DNA from: Methanobacteriota archaeon
GTDB lineage: Archaea > Thermoplasmatota > Poseidoniia > Poseidoniales > Thalassarchaeaceae
Assembly (NCBI GenBank): GCA_002685895.1
Contig: NYYK01000002.1
Coordinates: 1 to 39,294, forward strand
Length of the DNA stretch: 39,294 bases
Direction: 5' to 3'
In this document: positions 8,721 to 18,284 of the stretch, one piece after another
Layout of the letters: every line of letters begins with the position of its first letter
Numbering within the stretch: position 1 is the first letter of the stretch
The notes under the pieces: generated by a model
Seen by the model: the letters and a program-made list of their open reading frames with translations, nothing else
The model's database searches: none
What the model was told of the DNA's origin: nothing
Made by a program: the position numbers and the translations under genes

Positions 8721-8810
8721 GGAGGGATGGCTGAGTGGTCGAAAGCGCACGACTCGAAATCGTGTTAACCCTCACGGGTTACGAGGGTTCGAATCCCTCT
8801 CCCTCCGCCA
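8721..8810 (+). tRNA. tRNA-Ser(CGA)
   Basis: acceptor ggaggga/tccctcc, anticodon arm cacga-ctCGAaa-tcgtg, long variable arm, GTTCGAATC T-loop, encoded CCA. Confidence 0.97.
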
Positions 8811-9121
8811 TGCATTACACTAATGGCACCCTAAGAATAGCTTCACTATAGGCAGCAAACTTCGTGCCTTTTACCCTTAAAATCCTATTTAGCTCTTGTT
8901 ATCCTTACAAGGGTACCAATCCTGCTTAGTTAGGTATATAGAACACTAAGGGCACTTTGAAAAGTTTTGTACCTGCTCTCATACGTGAAGATATTCTTAG
9001 GTTGCCAAACATTATCTGTCGAGTTTTCAGATATATATCTGGGGTAAACATTTGTATTTTTTTGCTTTAATTCTTCAAATCTGACTAGATAATGCTAGTT
9101 ATCTGATAAATTTACAAGATA

Positions 9122-12100
9122 TTATTCTTCAGTTTTCTCAATTTTGATTACCTCTTCTGGTGACAATTGAATCGGTAAGAATCCTTGCAAGGCAGATGAT
9201 AATTCTCCAGTTTCTAATGCTTTATGAACAGCAGGCTTTACAGATGTTTCAAAGGCTGCACGAAAGGCTTCGGGCACCTTTGCACTAACCTCATTCATTA
9301 TTGCAGCTTGCATCTTTGGATTCATACCACCAAGCAATGCTGAAACTATAACACGCATTAAATCATCTCGGCCTATAAACTGTGTGTACTCACCATCTGT
9401 TAATAATCCTTTTTGCACTTCTGTTACAAATGGGTCTAACTGTTTACCTTCTGCTTGTAATCTATCTCTCATTAGCCGCTCTTGTTCTACAAGGTCATTG
9501 AAGAATTGCTTTACTGTTTTTTCACCATTTAATGTACTTAGGAGTAATGATGCAAATTGCTGATAACCTTCTTCAGACCACTCATCCATTGCCATAGACT
9601 TAAAATCGAAGTGTCCGCTACATAATGAATCCCTTTTTACCTTAAGATTTCCACCATGACGATCAGAGTCAAATTTTCCTCGTAATTTGTTATTAATTTC
9701 TAAAGTTAGATTGATCATTGCATATTCCCTTTTTTCATCGCTTTCATCCTCTAGCTCAATGAAGTGATCACCTTCCATTTCGGTCATTAAGAAGAAGTTA
9801 TCACCTGCTGCAATTACATCAGGAGCATCAAATGTATACTGCCTTTCATCCATTGTAACAGTAGACTTTCGATAAATATCTGCAGCTGTACCGTATTGTA
9901 ATTTTGCAATACTACAGTCAGTCTCTATATCAAGACGACTACTTGCGTGTTGTACTAGTTCACGAGTGGTTTGCAGGGTAGTTTCACCCATTGCTGTTCC
10001 CAAATTATCAGCCATTCTACTCATAGTATCAAAACCAGCTCTTCCTCTTTCAAGAGAGTTTGGTCTAACAATTGATAGCATGTAGCTACCTCCATTACTA
10101 AGCTGAACTCTCGTAACTACATTAATTGAACCAGACCCAACCACATCGCCAATATGAGTTATAGTAGTTGGTTTACCAAAGTGCTGACTACACTGTCTTT
10201 CTAAATCCTCTTTTATTTCCTCTATCCACTCGGTTACTTCCCATCGTTCTGGTTCATCAGCATTATACTTTAAACGCTTTAGGTCTGTTCTTATGTCTTC
10301 AGGGACAAGTGGGTGACTTTGAGCTGCTTGACCAAATTTAGTTTCGGCAGGACCCATATTTTCAAGGAATAGTGCCAATGATTCGCCAAGTCTCATGGTG
10401 GTAACATCTTTCTTCTCAGAAGCAGACATCATAGCCGCTAAGCATAGATGCTTCTGATAATGAGGCAATGCGTCTACGTATGCTCTTATAAAATATCGTG
10501 ACTCTTGTTCATATAATCCACCGCCTGGGAATAACTTAGATATTGCATAGTCAAAAGTTTCTGCATCTACTGCACCCAATGAATCCTCTGGCGATATGAG
10601 CAATTCTCTTGAAAGAATAGCCCTAATCTCAATAGGTGCTGACCAGAAGTTTTCGTAAAAGTAACGAGTAGATTGCATGGCAAGCTGATACCTAAATGCA
10701 GAAAGTGCAGTATCAACTTGCTGTTCATCGCTTTCCGACTTTAGCGCGAAAGCACCTCTAATAGGATCATTTGGGTCTACAAACTCTAAGGCATCTATAG
10801 TCGAATCAATAAAATGTTTAGCTGAATTTAAAGAATAAGGAGTAGTCAAAAAATCTAAAGTAGATTGTCTATGCTCTGGCGATTTTCTAATGGCATCAAT
10901 ACATCCATCAGTTAAAATTCCATAGTATGCTGGCTTATCTATCATTTCTTTTGTTACTTCATAAACTTTATCCCTCATCACGCTACTCACTCTGTGCTGT
11001 GCTTCTACATCTTTTGCTAATTGACCAAGGATATGTTTCTGATCAACACGGTTAACATTGGCCTGTATTCTTTCTGAGATTGCTACTGCTTCTTGCTCGT
11101 ATTTACTACTGCCATCATCTATGCCATTAGCAGCCAGTACATTAGTAGACCAAAGCTCAATTAGTTCTGTTCTTAGTCCAGGATTTTGCACTCTACGACC
11201 ACCTAAAATTGTCTCACATAAACGTATCTGCTCATCTTGTGGCATACCACCATTACCATTTTTATGCTTAATTCGAGCTAATATTTTAGTTAAGACTTTA
11301 TCAACCATTTCTGGGAATATTAAATCAGCTTCACTCAATAGTTTCCACTGACGAACAGTGCCAGTTAGATTATTGGTACGACTTATGCTTCCAAGAAATG
11401 CGGTAGCAGATTTTGTTAATGCCTCTCGAAGATTTTCTTGGAATACAGAACCAGAAATATAATTTGCACCCATTACTTCTACAAGCTGGGCTGCCTCTTT
11501 CAATGATGGAGTTCTTTCAATCATTAATACAACAGCTTCTGCCATTAATACAGAAGTTCTTAAGCCCACTTCCTCTTCGCTCTCTTTTGATTCTGCTAAA
11601 ATAGACAAATACTTCTTCCAGGTACGTGGCTGCAATTCATAACTTTTATTCACATCGGTGAGAACCGAGTCCAGTTTTTTTATGTAAAGAGCAGCCAGCT
11701 CAGAATCGAATATAGGAAAACGTCCATCAAAATGACTTCTTTCCTCTTGACCCTTTATATATGTAATACTATCACCAGTGAGCAATTCCTCAAACAGCTC
11801 ATATTTTTCTTCTGGGCTAAAAACGCCAGTGTCTTCTTGGAGGATGAAAGTTATATAAGGGTTTCTTGATACTGCGAATTGATCTGTATCCACTGCATCT
11901 TCGTGATAACTTTCTAGCCTTTCTTCTGTCATACTAACAAATGCCATTTCACCAGGCATAGAGTTGGCTATCAGCTTTTTACCCTCCTCAGAATCAAACA
12001 ATTGTCGAACAGTATTCTGATAACGCTCTAAATCTTCATCCTTTAATTTCCTTAACCAATCCATAAAAGTTCGTATCCTTCTTTCCTCTGTAGTTAAAGG

Positions 12101-14464
12101 ACCTGAATTCAATTCAGTAAAAAGAGCAATATTATGATCACAATGCTCCATGCATATTGGAGGCCTATGTTCAAATGGATGCCAGATTTCAGTTAACCCT
12201 TTTAATTTTTGCAATGAGTTTGGATTGTCCGAATCTAAGAAATATGCAACTGCTCTAGTTGTTAAATGTAACTCCATTGCTCTACTTTCTTCTGATAAAT
12301 CTAAGGCACCTCTACCTAAAGATGTGCCAATTACTTCTCCTTCTTCATTATATCGAAGTTGCTCAAGTGTATCACCTTCACCAGATGGACCATTCGAGAT
12401 AGAGGGAATAATATTTATCGCTGCCTCTGAATTAAATGCTTCTTCTGACATATCAAACAAGGCAGCCATAGATTCTTTTTGCGCTGTCATTTGTTGCCCA
12501 GCACGGTCAAGAATGTAGTCGTATACCACATCGCCATGGTTACATAGTGCCTCAAAAACAAATGGATCACGTTTTAACCCTGCAAAAACTGCAGCTTTAG
12601 CAACTTGTGGATGTTGAGCACTTAACCTCCGAAGAGCATGCCATGGAGGTAGCTCTGGTATGTATTCATTTTCTTCGTCATCTCCATCTGAATCATCAGT
12701 TGAACTTTCCCAACTAAAACGGTCTTCATCATCGTCGAAATCATCACTTTCATCACCATAAATACCTTGTCCATAATCTGTATCGTAAAAGCTTTTCACT
12801 TCTTCTTCTTCTTCTTCTTCTTGGTCTATCTCTTCTCTACGCAAATCCTTACTTTCAACAATTGCATCTACATTAGGGAAGGAAAACTGATTCCATTTTA
12901 TACCTCTTAAGAAGTTAACTCCTTTTAGAGTTCCATGCAGATTTTCACTTTCAACCACCTGAACCAGTTTGTCTGCTGCTTGTAAAACAGCTTCTTTGTC
13001 TATTTCCTCTTCATTAATTCCATCAACTGTTTCAACAAATTTAGCAATCGCGGTGCCAACTTTTCTTAGTCTCCCTAGTGGTTTTGAAGAACGTGTAAGC
13101 GATCTAAGTTCTCCATATAGATAGTCCAAGTGACTAAAGCGTCGCTTTGCATCTTCATGCTCATCATCATCGGAGATTGTAAGCAATGTATCCGCCAACC
13201 TATGAATTGCACCCATGTCTTTACTAGTTTCTACTGACTCTCTTAATGATTTTATTTCGTCTCCTATATCCGTAATGCGAGTGCTGTATCTACGATCTAA
13301 TGCGGATAATATTCTACCTAATGTATCCAATTTTTCTGATACTGTAGCAGCTTCATAATTTTCAACTTCAGAAAGACGATTTGCTAGATATGACTGGTGT
13401 TGTGCATTATTTACTACAGTCATTATTCTATCGCTGTTGTTGTAATCGGGTAACTCATTTTCTTCTGGTGCAAGCTCACCATTCTCTTTGCGAAGGTATG
13501 CAAGTGTATCACTGACAACAGAACGGATATTATCATGCGTAGGATGAACATCCATGTACTTAGACCAGCTGTCATATGCTTTCAGTTGAGAATTCATAAC
13601 ATTATATATGCCTGAAGTACCATCTTCATCCATCACGCGTTCGGGGTTTAATCCAAGCTCTCTACCATGTTCATACATGATGGCTAATGGCAATGCGTAT
13701 GCAAAACCTTCTTCAATTTTTGAATTAGGAATATTGCCATATACCTTACGCATTTTCATGTGAGTCATTTCGTGGCAAAGAATTGCTGCCAAATCATGTG
13801 GAGATGTTACAAATGGTCTAAAAACCTTACCTTCTTTTTCTTTGCTCTTGTATTCTCTGAATAATCCTTCTGTAAGCACAATGATAGGTGGCTTACTGTG
13901 TCTCATAAACCATGCATTTGGCTCTTTTTGTTTAGAGAGCATAAATCTAACAGGTTCTTTCTCAAAGTCATGGTGCTTAAATTCATAATGTGGCAAATGT
14001 GCCTTGCTAGGGTCTTCTTTGTACAAGGTAGCTACAAAAGTTTGTATCATATCTTGAAATTCCTTACCTTCGGCTGAGCTTGGCTCAACCAATCGCCAAG
14101 ATTCTGCAATTGGCAGTGGAATCTCTCCTTTTTCTAAAGCTTCAATGATGGCATCTTTTTCTTCAGCGTCATCATCAGGCTCGTCTCCGTTACCCTCTGT
14201 GTCATCAGCTATTTCATCTTCATCCAATTCATCTATTTCTACCATGCTAGTATCTGCTGTAGCTGCCATTCTTAACCGATAGCCACTAGCAAGCCTACCT
14301 GTGGAGATAGTTGGCTGTTCAGGAATGGTGTTTTTAGGGTCTAAGCGTTCATCTAGTAAATCTCTAATTCGTGTACGACCTTCATCAACATCTTTGAGGT
14401 TGTTTTTAGGGGGAATCTTGGAAGTTCCAGCCAAATCTTTGTTTTCATCTAATGGTTGCATCAT
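9122..14464 (-). CDS. 1780-aa protein: M48-like zinc metallopeptidase N-terminal domain, helical/acidic middle, ABC1/UbiB-like atypical kinase C-terminal domain
   Basis: PNAW, IVLTEGL, DLAAILCHEMTH, IEE, DVHP (M48 pattern); GPAETKFGQ, GSGS, IVRP, IETD, MTEMEG, DSDRHGGNL, HFDF (UbiB pattern). Confidence 0.8.
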   Translation of the reverse strand: MMQPLDENKDLAGTSKIPPKNNLKDVDEGRTRIRDLLDERLDPKNTIPEQPTISTGRLASGYRLRMAATADTSMVEIDELDEDEIADDTEGNGDEPDDDAEEKDAIIEALEKGEIPLPIAESWRLVEPSSAEGKEFQDMIQTFVATLYKEDPSKAHLPHYEFKHHDFEKEPVRFMLSKQKEPNAWFMRHSKPPIIVLTEGLFREYKSKEKEGKVFRPFVTSPHDLAAILCHEMTHMKMRKVYGNIPNSKIEEGFAYALPLAIMYEHGRELGLNPERVMDEDGTSGIYNVMNSQLKAYDSWSKYMDVHPTHDNIRSVVSDTLAYLRKENGELAPEENELPDYNNSDRIMTVVNNAQHQSYLANRLSEVENYEAATVSEKLDTLGRILSALDRRYSTRITDIGDEIKSLRESVETSKDMGAIHRLADTLLTISDDDEHEDAKRRFSHLDYLYGELRSLTRSSKPLGRLRKVGTAIAKFVETVDGINEEEIDKEAVLQAADKLVQVVESENLHGTLKGVNFLRGIKWNQFSFPNVDAIVESKDLRREEIDQEEEEEEEVKSFYDTDYGQGIYGDESDDFDDDEDRFSWESSTDDSDGDDEENEYIPELPPWHALRRLSAQHPQVAKAAVFAGLKRDPFVFEALCNHGDVVYDYILDRAGQQMTAQKESMAALFDMSEEAFNSEAAINIIPSISNGPSGEGDTLEQLRYNEEGEVIGTSLGRGALDLSEESRAMELHLTTRAVAYFLDSDNPNSLQKLKGLTEIWHPFEHRPPICMEHCDHNIALFTELNSGPLTTEERRIRTFMDWLRKLKDEDLERYQNTVRQLFDSEEGKKLIANSMPGEMAFVSMTEERLESYHEDAVDTDQFAVSRNPYITFILQEDTGVFSPEEKYELFEELLTGDSITYIKGQEERSHFDGRFPIFDSELAALYIKKLDSVLTDVNKSYELQPRTWKKYLSILAESKESEEEVGLRTSVLMAEAVVLMIERTPSLKEAAQLVEVMGANYISGSVFQENLREALTKSATAFLGSISRTNNLTGTVRQWKLLSEADLIFPEMVDKVLTKILARIKHKNGNGGMPQDEQIRLCETILGGRRVQNPGLRTELIELWSTNVLAANGIDDGSSKYEQEAVAISERIQANVNRVDQKHILGQLAKDVEAQHRVSSVMRDKVYEVTKEMIDKPAYYGILTDGCIDAIRKSPEHRQSTLDFLTTPYSLNSAKHFIDSTIDALEFVDPNDPIRGAFALKSESDEQQVDTALSAFRYQLAMQSTRYFYENFWSAPIEIRAILSRELLISPEDSLGAVDAETFDYAISKLFPGGGLYEQESRYFIRAYVDALPHYQKHLCLAAMMSASEKKDVTTMRLGESLALFLENMGPAETKFGQAAQSHPLVPEDIRTDLKRLKYNADEPERWEVTEWIEEIKEDLERQCSQHFGKPTTITHIGDVVGSGSINVVTRVQLSNGGSYMLSIVRPNSLERGRAGFDTMSRMADNLGTAMGETTLQTTRELVQHASSRLDIETDCSIAKLQYGTAADIYRKSTVTMDERQYTFDAPDVIAAGDNFFLMTEMEGDHFIELEDESDEKREYAMINLTLEINNKLRGKFDSDRHGGNLKVKRDSLCSGHFDFKSMAMDEWSEEGYQQFASLLLSTLNGEKTVKQFFNDLVEQERLMRDRLQAEGKQLDPFVTEVQKGLLTDGEYTQFIGRDDLMRVIVSALLGGMNPKMQAAIMNEVSAKVPEAFRAAFETSVKPAVHKALETGELSSALQGFLPIQLSPEEVIKIEKTEE

Positions 14465-14679
14465 TGTATTTTATCGCATTTATTGGATGATATCTATCCT
14501 TTATATGCAATTCAAGCCACTAAGCAACATAACAAAGTTCCTTTTTCTCTTCCTCAAACTCCAACATCTCCAACCTTCTATTCAATTCCGTCAGCCCAGA
14601 AAGTAGAGTAAGGATGTCTCCGTAGGGTTCCTTTTTCAACTGATAAGCTCCACCTTAATCGAGTTAAAAAGTGCTATTC

Positions 14680-15903
14680 CTACAGCATTATCCGCCCCTC
14701 CTTCAGCAACAACCTCTCCTTAAAATTCCTCAGCACATTGCTTTTCTCTAAACTCGATCCCTCACGAAAAATCCCAATCAAGTATTCTTCAATGCTGATA
14801 GGATCGTTCTCTGGTCGGAAGCGATTAATCTTCGCAAGATCCTCTTTAATTCTGCGGTTTAACCGTAGGTGTTTCTCTTTAATCTTGCCAATAATGGCGG
14901 CTGCCTCTTCAAACAGTGCTTCCTCTCGTATGTACTTACATTTACACACTCTCGTACCACCATACTTATTGCACTTGTAATACACATAGGTTTTACCGTG
15001 CCGATTCGTATGTTCAGTGCCACTAACACCAGACCCACATTCCGCACACTTCAGTACTTGATTGAAGTAAAAATTCTTACGACCCCATTTACCCTTAGCC
15101 GTGCGTTTAAGGCTACCTTGTACCTTGGTGAATAATTCCTTGCTAATAATAGGCTTATGATTCCCTTGGTATCGAATACCTCCGTACACAAATTCTCCGT
15201 AATAAAAGGGCTCTTGAAGTATGTTAAAGATACGGCTAAACCCCACCGTACCACCACTAATATTTCTAAATCCTTCCTGTTGTAGTTTTTCTTTTGCCTC
15301 TCTGCCTGTCATACCTTTCTCGGCTATGTTGGTAAAAAGTTTCTTAATGTACGGTGCTCGTTCTTCATCTACCACTATAGAACTAGGATCACCAAAGCGG
15401 TCGGCTCGCACCAGCTTATAGCCAATAGGAGGTCGACCTGGTCGTACTCCCATCTCACACTTGGTACGCAGGCCACGTTTTACATTCTTACTTCGATTAT
15501 CGTTCTCTAGCTTCGCTTGACTACAAAGAATCATCAGTAAAAACTTTTCGTCTGGGGTGTTGGTAAAGGTTTGTCCGCTCGTTTGAATTTGCACCAGTAC
15601 CTGTTGATCCATTAAGTCGACTAGCTTTCCTAGGTCACCAGCATTTCTACTTAAGCGATCTGGTGCCCACGTTAAGATTGCGTTGAATCTTCGTTCTTGG
15701 AGTCCTATTAGTAGGCTTTGATATCCTTTTCTTCCGCCAGAATCTTTAGCAGATTTACTTTCTTGAATCGTTTCTACAACTTTAAGACCCTGTTTATCTG
15801 CAATCTTCTGCATGGCTGCAATCTGTGAATCAATGGAAAGAGCTTGTCGCTCATCTGATTCAGATGATTTACGAGCGTAGAGGCAGTGGGTAGTCTTTTC
15901 CAT
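14680..15903 (-). CDS. large serine recombinase (resolvase + recombinase + Zn ribbon, short C-terminus)
   Basis: YARKSS, Q..SI..Q, DRLSRN, PPIGY, GNHKPII, CAECG...YYKC...C. Confidence 0.92.
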   Translation of the reverse strand: MEKTTHCLYARKSSESDERQALSIDSQIAAMQKIADKQGLKVVETIQESKSAKDSGGRKGYQSLLIGLQERRFNAILTWAPDRLSRNAGDLGKLVDLMDQQVLVQIQTSGQTFTNTPDEKFLLMILCSQAKLENDNRSKNVKRGLRTKCEMGVRPGRPPIGYKLVRADRFGDPSSIVVDEERAPYIKKLFTNIAEKGMTGREAKEKLQQEGFRNISGGTVGFSRIFNILQEPFYYGEFVYGGIRYQGNHKPIISKELFTKVQGSLKRTAKGKWGRKNFYFNQVLKCAECGSGVSGTEHTNRHGKTYVYYKCNKYGGTRVCKCKYIREEALFEEAAAIIGKIKEKHLRLNRRIKEDLAKINRFRPENDPISIEEYLIGIFREGSSLEKSNVLRNFKERLLLKEGRIML

Positions 15904-16467
15904 GTACCTCATGGATGACGCAACCGCGTCCCAAAGGCTAGGCGATTTTACGCTTAAATACATCTTCTAAAGAACTAGAATTTGTTATTCTATAAATATG
16001 TCAAGCCCTTGCAAACGGAACAGAATTTCCCCCTTTTTATAGGTGTTCCATTTGTTCCATTTCTCCTTTTTTTATAGTGTCTCATTTGTCTCAATTTAAA
16101 GACAAGAATACTATTCAAAGGGTAGGAGACCTGTATGCTCCGCCATGGCCACTCACTTCGTTCGGGTTCATAGCAAGCCACCAGAGCTGATATAGCCTTA
16201 TAAGAGCCCAATTTGCGACTTTCCGCTACCTTGAAAGGAAAGATTTATAGTTCTTGTTGGGCTAGATTGACTAATATAGTTCAACTGGAGATTTTGGCTT
16301 GTATTAGCCAATTCGCGATAGAATATGCAATTTTCCCACATAATGCGCTCGATCTGTCAATTGAAAATTCACTCTAAAACACCCAATTGAATCAAGAATT
16401 TGCTTGCAGAGCTCCTCGGGACATGCGTAAAATCTCCATGTTCTTTAATTACTTACCCACTACTCCT

Positions 16468-16638
16468 ATGAGTTACGTAGTAGCTTCCAAGATCAAAGAT
16501 CTTGTAAAAGCAAAAGGTATGATGTCATCTGGTGACCTCTCAGACGCTGCAAGCGCACTTCTAGAGGACGCAGTTTCCAAAGCTGTCGCACGCGCAAAAG
16601 CAAACGGCAGAAAGACTGTTCGCCCAGAAGACCTTTAG
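16468..16638 (+). CDS. bacterial histone-fold protein, 56 aa (Bd0055/HMf-like)
   Basis: MSYVVASKIKDLVKAKGMMSSGD...AVARAKANGRKTVRPEDL; VV.SK.K start and RKTV...D loop-2 signature. Confidence 0.88.
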   Translation: MSYVVASKIKDLVKAKGMMSSGDLSDAASALLEDAVSKAVARAKANGRKTVRPEDL

Positions 16639-16654
16639 TCTTAATTCGTTAAGT

Positions 16655-16690
16655 AATCAAAAAGGACACCGCGTGGTGTCTTTTTTGATT
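16655..16690 (+). terminator. rho-independent (probably bidirectional) terminator
   Basis: aatcaaaaaggacacc-gcgt-ggtgtcttttttgatt between the convergent histone and prfB genes. Confidence 0.85.
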
Positions 16691-16695
16691 GTAAG

Positions 16696-16800
16696 AAATA
16701 CAAAATACGAAACACGAAACAAATTAAAAATCCGAAAAAATAAAGTTTCAGATTTTGTATTTCGGATTTGTTTCAGATTTCGGATTTAGAATTTGAATTA
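16696..16800. repeat. inverted degenerate ~7-bp arrays (GAAATAC / GATTTCG type)
   Basis: aaatac aaaatac gaaacac gaaac ... gattttg tatttcg gatttg ... gatttcg gatttag aatttg. Confidence 0.7.
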
Positions 16801-16804
16801 GTTA

Positions 16805-17882
16805 TTAACCGCGCTTCAATTCCGAATCTATGAATTGTTGTAGATCCCCATCTAACACATCCTCCGTATCACTTGTCTCAACTTCAGTCCTCAAGTCCTT
16901 AACCATCTGATATGGATGTAAGACGTAACTTCTAATTTGCTGTCCGAAGTCTGCACTTTTGGTTGCCCCCTTTAATTCCTTTTTCTTTTCGGTGTCTTCT
17001 TCACGTTGTTTTTCCAAAAGCTTAGCTCGCAGAATATTCATAGCTTGTATCCTGTTTTGTTGTTGGCTTCTTTCATTCTGACATGAAACAACTATGCCGC
17101 TAGGTGCGTGAGTAATTCTTACGGCTGAGTCAGTAACATTAACATGTTGTCCTCCTGCTCCGCTCGATCTGAATGTATCGACTCGTAAATCTTTTTCATC
17201 AATTTCAACTTCAGTCGACTCAGCAATTTCCGGAATAACTTCCACTAGAGCAAAACTAGTTTGCCTCAGATTTTTTGCATTAAAAGGGGAGAGGCGAACT
17301 AGGCGATGTGTTCCGCGTTCACATTTCAGATATCCATAAGAAGGAGATCCTGTTACATGAACTGTTACTGATTTAATTCCTGCTTCCTGCCCATTAGTTT
17401 TTTCCAAAGTATCTGTCTTCCATCCCTGTCTTTCGCAGTACCTCAGATACATTCTAAGAAGCATCTCCGCCCAATCTTGCGCCTCGGTTCCTCCCGCACC
17501 TCCGCTGATTGAAAGATAACAGTTATTCATATCAAACTCTCCACTCAGATAAAGTTGCGTCTCAATTTCCTCCCACCTACTCAGCAATTTTGCTGTCTCT
17601 TCCTCCATACTGGGGCGATCGGATTCCTCAGCTTGTCCAATCAATTCAATTAAATCCCTTGTCTCCTCAGCCAAATCCCGCACAGGCTCCCATTGGCTTT
17701 TAAGTGCCTTTAGCTCTGTAAACAAGGCATTGGCAGCCTTTTGATCATCCCAAATATCAGGGGCTTGTGATTTCTTTTCAAGCTCGGCTATACACTCAGG
17801 AATCTTCCTGGCATCAAAGAGAGTCCTTCCCCGTGTTTACGGCTGTTTGAAGTTCCTTTAATTTAGTTAGCAAGTCCTCCAT
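16805..17882 (-). CDS. prfB: peptide chain release factor 2, with programmed +1 frameshift
   Basis: SPF and GGQ motifs; upstream frame MEDLLTKLKELQTAVNTGKDSL ends CTT TGA and continues in +1 as DARKIPECIAELEK. Confidence 0.96.
17814..17819 (-). promoter_or_regulatory. RF2 autoregulatory frameshift site CTT-TGA
   Basis: GGGAAGGAC TCT CTT TGA T on the minus strand, codon 22. Confidence 0.92.
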
Positions 17883-17938
17883 GAGGAAGGGGGAAAGTAA
17901 GTATCTGACTATTATTATAGCATTAGTGCCTCTGATAC

Positions 17939-17973
17939 AGAATTGATAATTCAGAATTGATAATTGAGAATTA
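17939..17973 (+). repeat. 7-bp tandem array x5
   Basis: agaattg ataattc agaattg ataattg agaatta. Confidence 0.85.
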
Positions 17974-17977
17974 AAGA

Positions 17978-18196
17978 GTGTTAGAGCCAGGTATTTATAA
18001 GCATTACAAAGGCAAGAAATATCGTGTTCTTGGAATCGCCAAACATAGCGAAACCCTCGAAGATTTGGTTGTGTATGAGGCTTTGTATGAAAATGAGAAT
18101 TCTAAGCTTTGGGTGAGGTCCGTGGATATGTTTAAGGAGCGATTAGTCATAAATGGCAGGGAAGTACCCAGATTTGAGTTTATTTCGTCACAATAA
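17978..18196 (+). CDS. DUF1653 domain protein
   Basis: GIYKHYKG..Y.V...AKHSET.E..VVY.ALY...LWVR...MF. Confidence 0.92.
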   Translation: MLEPGIYKHYKGKKYRVLGIAKHSETLEDLVVYEALYENENSKLWVRSVDMFKERLVINGREVPRFEFISSQ

Positions 18197-18284
18197 ATCT
18201 TAACTGGCAAGTATCATAAATAGCTCTAAATCGCGTTTTCCGCTATAATTAGAGGATAGTAACTTGTATTGAGCCCGTCGAAAT

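Larger units (their letters stand above)
8803..16147. mobile_element. putative tRNA-Ser-integrated island (recombinase plus one giant cargo gene)
   Basis: 10-bp direct repeat ctccgccatg at 8803-8812 (tRNA 3' end) and 16138-16147; visibly more AT-rich; encodes a serine recombinase; no host-type tandem arrays seen. Confidence 0.7.

Noticed and set aside
12799..12822. (TTC)n run in the giant gene as a member of the array family
   Set aside because: Simple poly-Glu codon run with period 3, unlike the 6-9 bp arrays
9122..15903. Prophage
   Set aside because: No structural, terminase or replication genes
15990..16211. 73-aa ORF upstream of the recombinase as a directionality factor
   Set aside because: Non-ATG start, spans the putative att repeat and a REP-like hairpin, no recognisable motif
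16805..17882. prfB pseudogene or UGA-to-Gly recoding
   Set aside because: The break is the canonical CTT-TGA programmed shift, and conserved genes such as rplT, infC and rpmB end in TGA
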